This document shows, piece after piece, positions 58,976-64,000 of a stretch of 64,000 bases of DNA. Made by a program: the position numbers and the translations under genes. Below the pieces are notes generated by a model. The model worked only from the letters and a program-made list of their open reading frames with translations. It was not told the DNA's origin and did no database searches. How positions within the stretch are numbered: position 1 is the first letter of the stretch; every line of letters starts with the position of its first letter. The DNA is from an uncultured delta proteobacterium. Lineage in GTDB: Bacteria; Desulfobacterota; Desulfobacteria; Desulfobacterales; B30-G6. The DNA lies in assembly GCA_963823335.1 (NCBI GenBank), contig CAWGLD010000002.1, positions 105,044 through 169,043 on the forward strand, written 5' to 3'.

Positions 58976-60292
58976 TTAGTCTGTGGCTGATTCTGCCGGT
59001 TGTCCAACCGACTTATCTTCTTTTTGCCAGTAGGAGATGTCCATTTCGTTTTCGGTTTTGGCCACGATACAGGTGACGGCCAGATCTCCGGTGACGTTGC
59101 AGGCGGTACGCCCCATGTCCAGCAAGGCATCGATGCCGAAAATCATGGCATAGGCCAAGGCTACCGGGGATCCCGGCTCCACTTTTAATCCCACCGATTC
59201 AAGCACCATCATCAGCATGATGGCGCCTGCGCCTGGCACACCGGCTGTGCCGATGGAGGCCAGCAGCGAGGTCGCGATGATAGTCAGCTGTTGCGAGAAA
59301 GTTAGCGGGCTGCCAATGGCGAAGCCTACAAATATAGCACAGACCCCCTGATAAATGGCCGTCCCGTCCATATTAATGGTTGCCCCTAACGGCAGGGAAA
59401 AGGAGTACACCCCCTGGGAGATGCCCATTTTGCTGTCGGCAGTCTCCATGCTCACCGGCAGGGTCCCTCCGCTGCTGCGGGTCACAAAGGCAGTGACGAT
59501 GGCCTCCTTGGCTTTGCTGAAAAAGGCCAGCGGAGATAACTTATAGATTAGCAGCATACCGCCGTAGACCAACAACATGTGCCCTAAAAATGCCAAGTAT
59601 ACCGCCAAAGTCGTCCAGCCCAGCGGGCCGAAGGCTTCGGGGCCTTGTTGGCCGAAAACATCGGCAATCAGAGCAAACACACCGATGGGCGCGTACTCCA
59701 GGATCCAATGTACCACCCGGTACATAATTTCGGCGCCGCCATTGAAAAAGCGGAACACAGTTTCTCCGGACTGGCGAATCTGCTCGTCCTCGCTGTTCCT
59801 GGCATAGGCCAGGCCAATACCAAAAAGGAGGCAGAAGAAGATCACCGGCAGCACATTGCCCTCGGCAATGGCACCGAAGGGATTTACCGGCACCACATTG
59901 ATCAGGGTGTCCACCAGTGACGGTGCCGACACGTCCGCCTTGATGCCTTCGGCAGCTGCGGCACTGATCTGCATGCCCTTGCCGGGCTGAAAAATATTGC
60001 CGCAAATCAAGCCGAAGCTTACAGCAAAACAGGTGGTTATCATATAAATGACCAAGGCCTTAGCGCCCACACGCCCCAACTGAGACGGATGGACACTGGC
60101 AGCCCCCACTGTCAGGGTAAACAGGATCACCGGCATAACAATCATCTTGAGCAGTCGAATGAAGATCTCGCCGAACGGACTGACCCACGCCATGGCCGGC
60201 CCAAAAACCAGTCCACACACCGCGCCCAGAATTAGTCCGATGAGAATGCGCACCAGCAGGCTAAATTTGAAGTACCACCGGAGCTGCTTCAT
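58976..60292 (-). CDS. Dicarboxylate/amino acid:cation symporter (GltP/GltPh-like, Asp/Glu)
   Basis: FIRLLKMIVMP, AFVTRSSGGTLP, GATINMDGT, ASIGTAGVPG and LDMGRTACNVTGD. RBS AAGGAGG before 60292. Confidence 0.92.
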   Translation of the reverse strand: MKQLRWYFKFSLLVRILIGLILGAVCGLVFGPAMAWVSPFGEIFIRLLKMIVMPVILFTLTVGAASVHPSQLGRVGAKALVIYMITTCFAVSFGLICGNIFQPGKGMQISAAAAEGIKADVSAPSLVDTLINVVPVNPFGAIAEGNVLPVIFFCLLFGIGLAYARNSEDEQIRQSGETVFRFFNGGAEIMYRVVHWILEYAPIGVFALIADVFGQQGPEAFGPLGWTTLAVYLAFLGHMLLVYGGMLLIYKLSPLAFFSKAKEAIVTAFVTRSSGGTLPVSMETADSKMGISQGVYSFSLPLGATINMDGTAIYQGVCAIFVGFAIGSPLTFSQQLTIIATSLLASIGTAGVPGAGAIMLMMVLESVGLKVEPGSPVALAYAMIFGIDALLDMGRTACNVTGDLAVTCIVAKTENEMDISYWQKEDKSVGQPAESATD

Positions 60293-60346
60293 AGAAACCT
60301 CCTTTTCCCGGATTGTTTCCACGGAGTTGACATCCAGCAGTCTGTT

Positions 60347-61268
60347 TTACTCATAATTGTCTCCTTTCCCCTGAAACGCTTTGCGACGCTTTTCGATCAT
60401 GGCTTTCTGGTTGGAGATAAACCTGTTTTTGAGGAACTGGGCCCGGGTTAACCGTCCTTCCGGTTTCACTATTGCGGTAGTCCCGGCAATCTTCTCGAAA
60501 TACTCATATTTTAGCAGCTCCAGGGTGCCGTCCGTGCGGATCTGATCCACAAACAAGTTGAGCCAGTTTAAAAAGTCCGGGTCTCCTGGACGAATGGCAA
60601 AGGCATAGAACTCCCGTGTCACAGGTTCAAGCAGGGCGGCAATTTCCTGGTAGTACTCAACGTGTGTGTTGCGCCATATCTGTACAAAGGGCGAATCCGC
60701 CACCATAGCGTCTACGTCACCTTTTAATAATGCTCCGGCAGCAGCTTCCGCCGTTGGATAGAGCTTGATCGCCTTGGCGGGGAACAACTGGCGGGCAAAT
60801 TTTTCATGGGTGGTGCCGGCTTTGACACCCAGTCGTAGCGTCTTGATCTCAAGCAGATCAAAGTAAGCGTTTGCGTCGGCAGGCAGCAGATTCCGCCGAA
60901 CCAGGGCCGCCTGGCTGACTTCAAAATAAGGCTCGCTAAAATGGACCTGCAGCCCTCGCTCAACCGTTCGCGTCATGGCAGCAATGATAATATCCGATTC
61001 GCCGACCAGCAGTTTGGGAATTTGCAGATCATAGGTTTGCGGTCGAATGAATTTCACCTTCACATTGAGATAATCAGCCAGTAAAATGGCAAGGTCGATA
61101 TCCAGGCCAAAGAGTTTGCCGTCTCTTTCCATGGAAAAGGGCGGATATCCACGGTTAAGGGAAACCGTGATCTCACCCTTTTTTCTGAATGCGTTCGATC
61201 TCACCGGACCAGCATTGGGTTGCTAGCAGTAGCAGTAGCGCTAAAGCAAATACAATAATTCTTTTCAT
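60347..61268 (-). CDS. Polar amino acid substrate-binding protein (family 3), one frameshift near the 5-prime end
   Basis: Signal peptide MKRIIVFALALLLLL from 61268, then YPPFS, GLDIDLA and AAMTRTVER..VHFSEPY. Confidence 0.8.
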
Positions 61269-61399
61269 AACAGTACACCTCGTACAAGGCTCTATTTTTG
61301 GGTGTCAGATTTAGTGCCAGAATGTCTGACAAACAAAGCCTGACACCAGAACACCGAAACCTGCTGCCCTCCACAGCCTGGAAGACGAAGGAGAGAAAC

Positions 61400-63265
61400 C
61401 TATTTGGGCATTTCCCGTGGGGTCCGTCATGTTTTCCGGCCGCAGCATGTCATCGAGTTTTCCTGGCGATCAGGCCTTTTTCTAGCACCAGGGAATAGAC
61501 ACTGCCACCGGTTTTGAGGGCCTCCTTGGCAATGCGGCCGACTTTTTCGTAACCGATCACCGGAACCAGAGCGGTGACCAGGCCGATGCTGTTTTCGACA
61601 TAGTCGACGGCAGATATCCCGGTTGGCCTCAATGCCGACGATACAACGGAGGCAAGGGTTATACAGGCATTTTTAAGGATCATCATTCCGTGTAGCAGGT
61701 CGAAGGCGATGATCGGTTCGGCCATGCAAAGTTCCAGTTCACTGGCTTCGGCCGCCATGGAGACCACGACATCGTAACCCATGACCTGGTAGCATATCTG
61801 GTTGACCAACTCGGGAATAACCGGGTTGACCTTGCCGGGCATGATCGATGAGCCCGGCTGCATGGGTGGCAGGTTGAGCTCGTTAAGACCGCAGCGTGGT
61901 CCGGATGATAGCCAGCGTAGATCGTTGCAGATCTTGGAAAGTTGAACCGCACTCCGTTTCAGGGTGGCCGACATCTGGGCAAAAGTTCCGGCGTTTTGGG
62001 TTGCTTCGACAAGGTTATCGGCTCGGCGTAGTTCGAAACCACTGACTTCGGAAAGCTTTTCTGTCACCAGGTTGGCGTACCCGGGCGGACTGTTGATTCC
62101 GGTCCCGATGGCTGTTGCCCCCATGTTGATGGCGAGAAATTCGTAACAGCTCTTTCCATTGCGGCAATGGCACTGTCGACCATCACAGCGTAGGCACCGA
62201 ACTCCTGGCCGAGGGTCATCGGAACGGCATCCTGATTCTCTGGTCCGCCCCATCTTCAAAACATCGCTGAATTCTTCAGCCTTCAACTCCAGGGCTTGAC
62301 GAAGCTCCTCCATCGCCCTGGCCAGTTCTCGATTTGACAGCAGAACAGCAAGTTTGATCGAGGTCGGATAAGCGTCGTTGGTTGACTGGGAACAGTTGAC
62401 ATGATCATTGGGGTGCAAGTGTTCATATTCCCCCTTGCGATGCCCCATGATCTCGAGACCGCGATTAGCGATCACTTCATTGGCGTTCATGTTGGTTGAT
62501 GTTCCGGCTCCGCCCTGAAACATGTCGACGGTGAAATGCTCCCGCAATTTGCCGTCCAGAAGTTCGTCACAGGCACTGCAGATCGCTTGTCCTTTTCCCT
62601 CGTCGAGAACTCCCAGTTGCTGATTTGCCAGTGCCGCAGCCTTCTTTGCATGGCAAGACCCTCAACCAGATGCTCAAAATTACTGACAAAAACACCTGAA
62701 ATAGCGAAATTCTCCATAGCCCTCTGGGTCTGGACTCCGTAGTAAGCATGGTCTGGAATTTCGCGTTGGCCCAGAGAATCGTGTTCCAGGTGAAAATCCC
62801 CCACCAAATGCGCCGGACTTTCAACACTGACCTGGTGCTGTGAAAGCATTCGCAAACGCTCGCTGATACCCGCGGCCACGCGGGCCATAATCCTATAAAA
62901 AATGTCCGGCTTCTCCTCCCGAAAGGCCTCGATCTCGATCGCGCGACATCTGCCAGACCGTTGTTCCCTGGCGGGTGAATGCGCCGTTGGCGTGCGCCTG
63001 GTCATCAAGGAATGCGCCTTCACTGATCATGGCGCCAGGTGCCAGGACAACGAGATGTTTCGTGGCGCCATGCAGGCCGCGTACGATTTCCACTTCTCCT
63101 TCCACAACCAGGCCGGCCCATTGCCGCGGGGTGGATTCGTGAAACAGCCATTCTTCGGCATCATACGTTTTCTGCTCACCACGGGAAAAAAAAATCCTGC
63201 AAATCAGACATGGGTGCCCCCATTCGTTTGGATGCCCTTTGAAGTACTTCATCGATTTTGTTCAT
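61400..63265 (-). CDS. aspA: Aspartate ammonia-lyase with an N-terminal cyclic-nucleotide-binding domain (several frameshifts)
   Basis: cNMP-like WLFHEST..AGLVVEGEVEI...LAPGAMISEGAFLD, then EHDSLG..YYGVQTQRAMENF, QGGAGTSTNMNANE, SQSTNDAYPT and GSSIMPGKVNP. Split over ORFs 62893, 62487 and 61450. Confidence 0.85.
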
Positions 63266-63366
63266 GATTTTTGCTCCTTTTAAATCACTGCTACGTTTTC
63301 CAATCAGGAATATTGATTGTTGCTCCAAACGTTTAAAGGTTAATTACGAAAACATGACACTCACAC

Positions 63367-64000
63367 TCATAATACAAGCGGCGCCAACAGGAAACCGAAA
63401 GTCACTGCCAGAGTAATGCAAATAACACCGGGGATCAAAAAAGGATGATTGAACACATATTTACCGATGCGGGTAGAGCCGGTATCATCGAATTCGATGG
63501 CCGCCAGCAGCGTCGGGTAGGTCGGCAATACGAACAAGGCGCTGACAGCTGAAAAGTCTGGCCATCGCGGCTACTGGGCTTACGCCCAGTGCGATGGCTG
63601 CGGGCATTAGAGCCCGGGTGGTCGCCGCCTGGGAGTAAAGCAGCATAGCAGCGAAAAACAGCACCACAGCGAGCATCCACGGTTTGGACTCCAGCAAATT
63701 TCCGGCAAATACGTTGATCTCATCGATATGGGCGGCCACAAAAGTGGTGCCGAGCCAGGCAACCCCCAGGACACACACACAGGCACTCATACCGGATTTG
63801 AAAGTCGCAGCGTTCAGGACTTGATTGCAGTCGATCTTGCAAAACAGGGCAATCGCAGCAGCGGCCGCCAACATAAACGTCATAATAGCCGCATCGCGTT
63901 CCAGGACCGGATCTTCGATCAGGCCACAGTGCTGCTGATGGCCATTGCATAACAGACCACAGCGATAATCGCGATCAGAAAAATCAGCACCGACGTTTTG
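63367..64000 (-). CDS. Anaerobic C4-dicarboxylate transporter, DcuA/DcuB family (3-prime part, frameshifted)
   Basis: FKSGMSACVCVLGVAWLGTTF, LLYSQAAT, LFVLPTYPTLLAAIEFDDTGSTRIGKYVFNHPF. Confidence 0.88.

Noticed and set aside
226-63952. Numerous short ORFs antisense to or overlapping well-supported genes (for example 454-945, 19783-20433, 21494-22225, 31347-32039, 49146-49754, 57579-58154)
   Set aside because: Shadow ORFs of real genes with no motifs or RBS.
61200-64000. Programmed frameshifting or true pseudogenisation of aspA, dcu and the binding protein
   Set aside because: Many scattered single-base indels across adjacent genes with otherwise intact motifs look like consensus errors; this cannot be settled without reads.

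Overview
Bacterial chromosomal window, about 50% GC. Gene content and intergenic repeats suggest an anaerobic Desulfobacterota-like organism (inference, not searched). Blocks from left to right: (1) 1-22.5 kb, a complete Caulobacter-type bacterial sphingolipid locus (FAAL, CerR-like reductase, ACP, serine palmitoyltransferase, bCerS-like GNAT, two NTP transferases, LptF/LptG, CDP-alcohol transferase, DAG/ceramide kinase, cytidylyltransferase-like protein). Its spt operon runs on, same strand, into an ABC flippase and a nonulosonic (sialic-like) acid pathway (HAD phosphatase, NeuB, SDR, ALDH, NeuA, transketolase). (2) 22.6-30.7 kb, a four-helix-bundle gene in a TIR/TSD-bounded cassette, DUF6502-DUF5666-like genes, tandem candidate ncRNA units, a VTC gene and several frameshifted secreted proteins. 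(3) 30.9-43.8 kb, an ion/osmotic island: MscS, a CdaA-CdaR fused diadenylate cyclase, USP, an RCK K+ channel, MgtE, a RimK-RCK_C fusion, a CBS/CorC protein, a RimB-like protease and an ASPA-like peptidase. (4) MFS, M20 peptidase and a dinB-polB-orf-recD2 cluster. (5) An aspartate/fumarate module (dcu, cNMP-AspA fusion, binding protein, DAACS symporter, sdh/frdCAB). At least six families of short intergenic repeats or MITEs are present. Regions 24-30.6 kb and 61.2-64 kb carry many indels that may be sequencing or assembly errors. All assignments come from motif recognition by eye.
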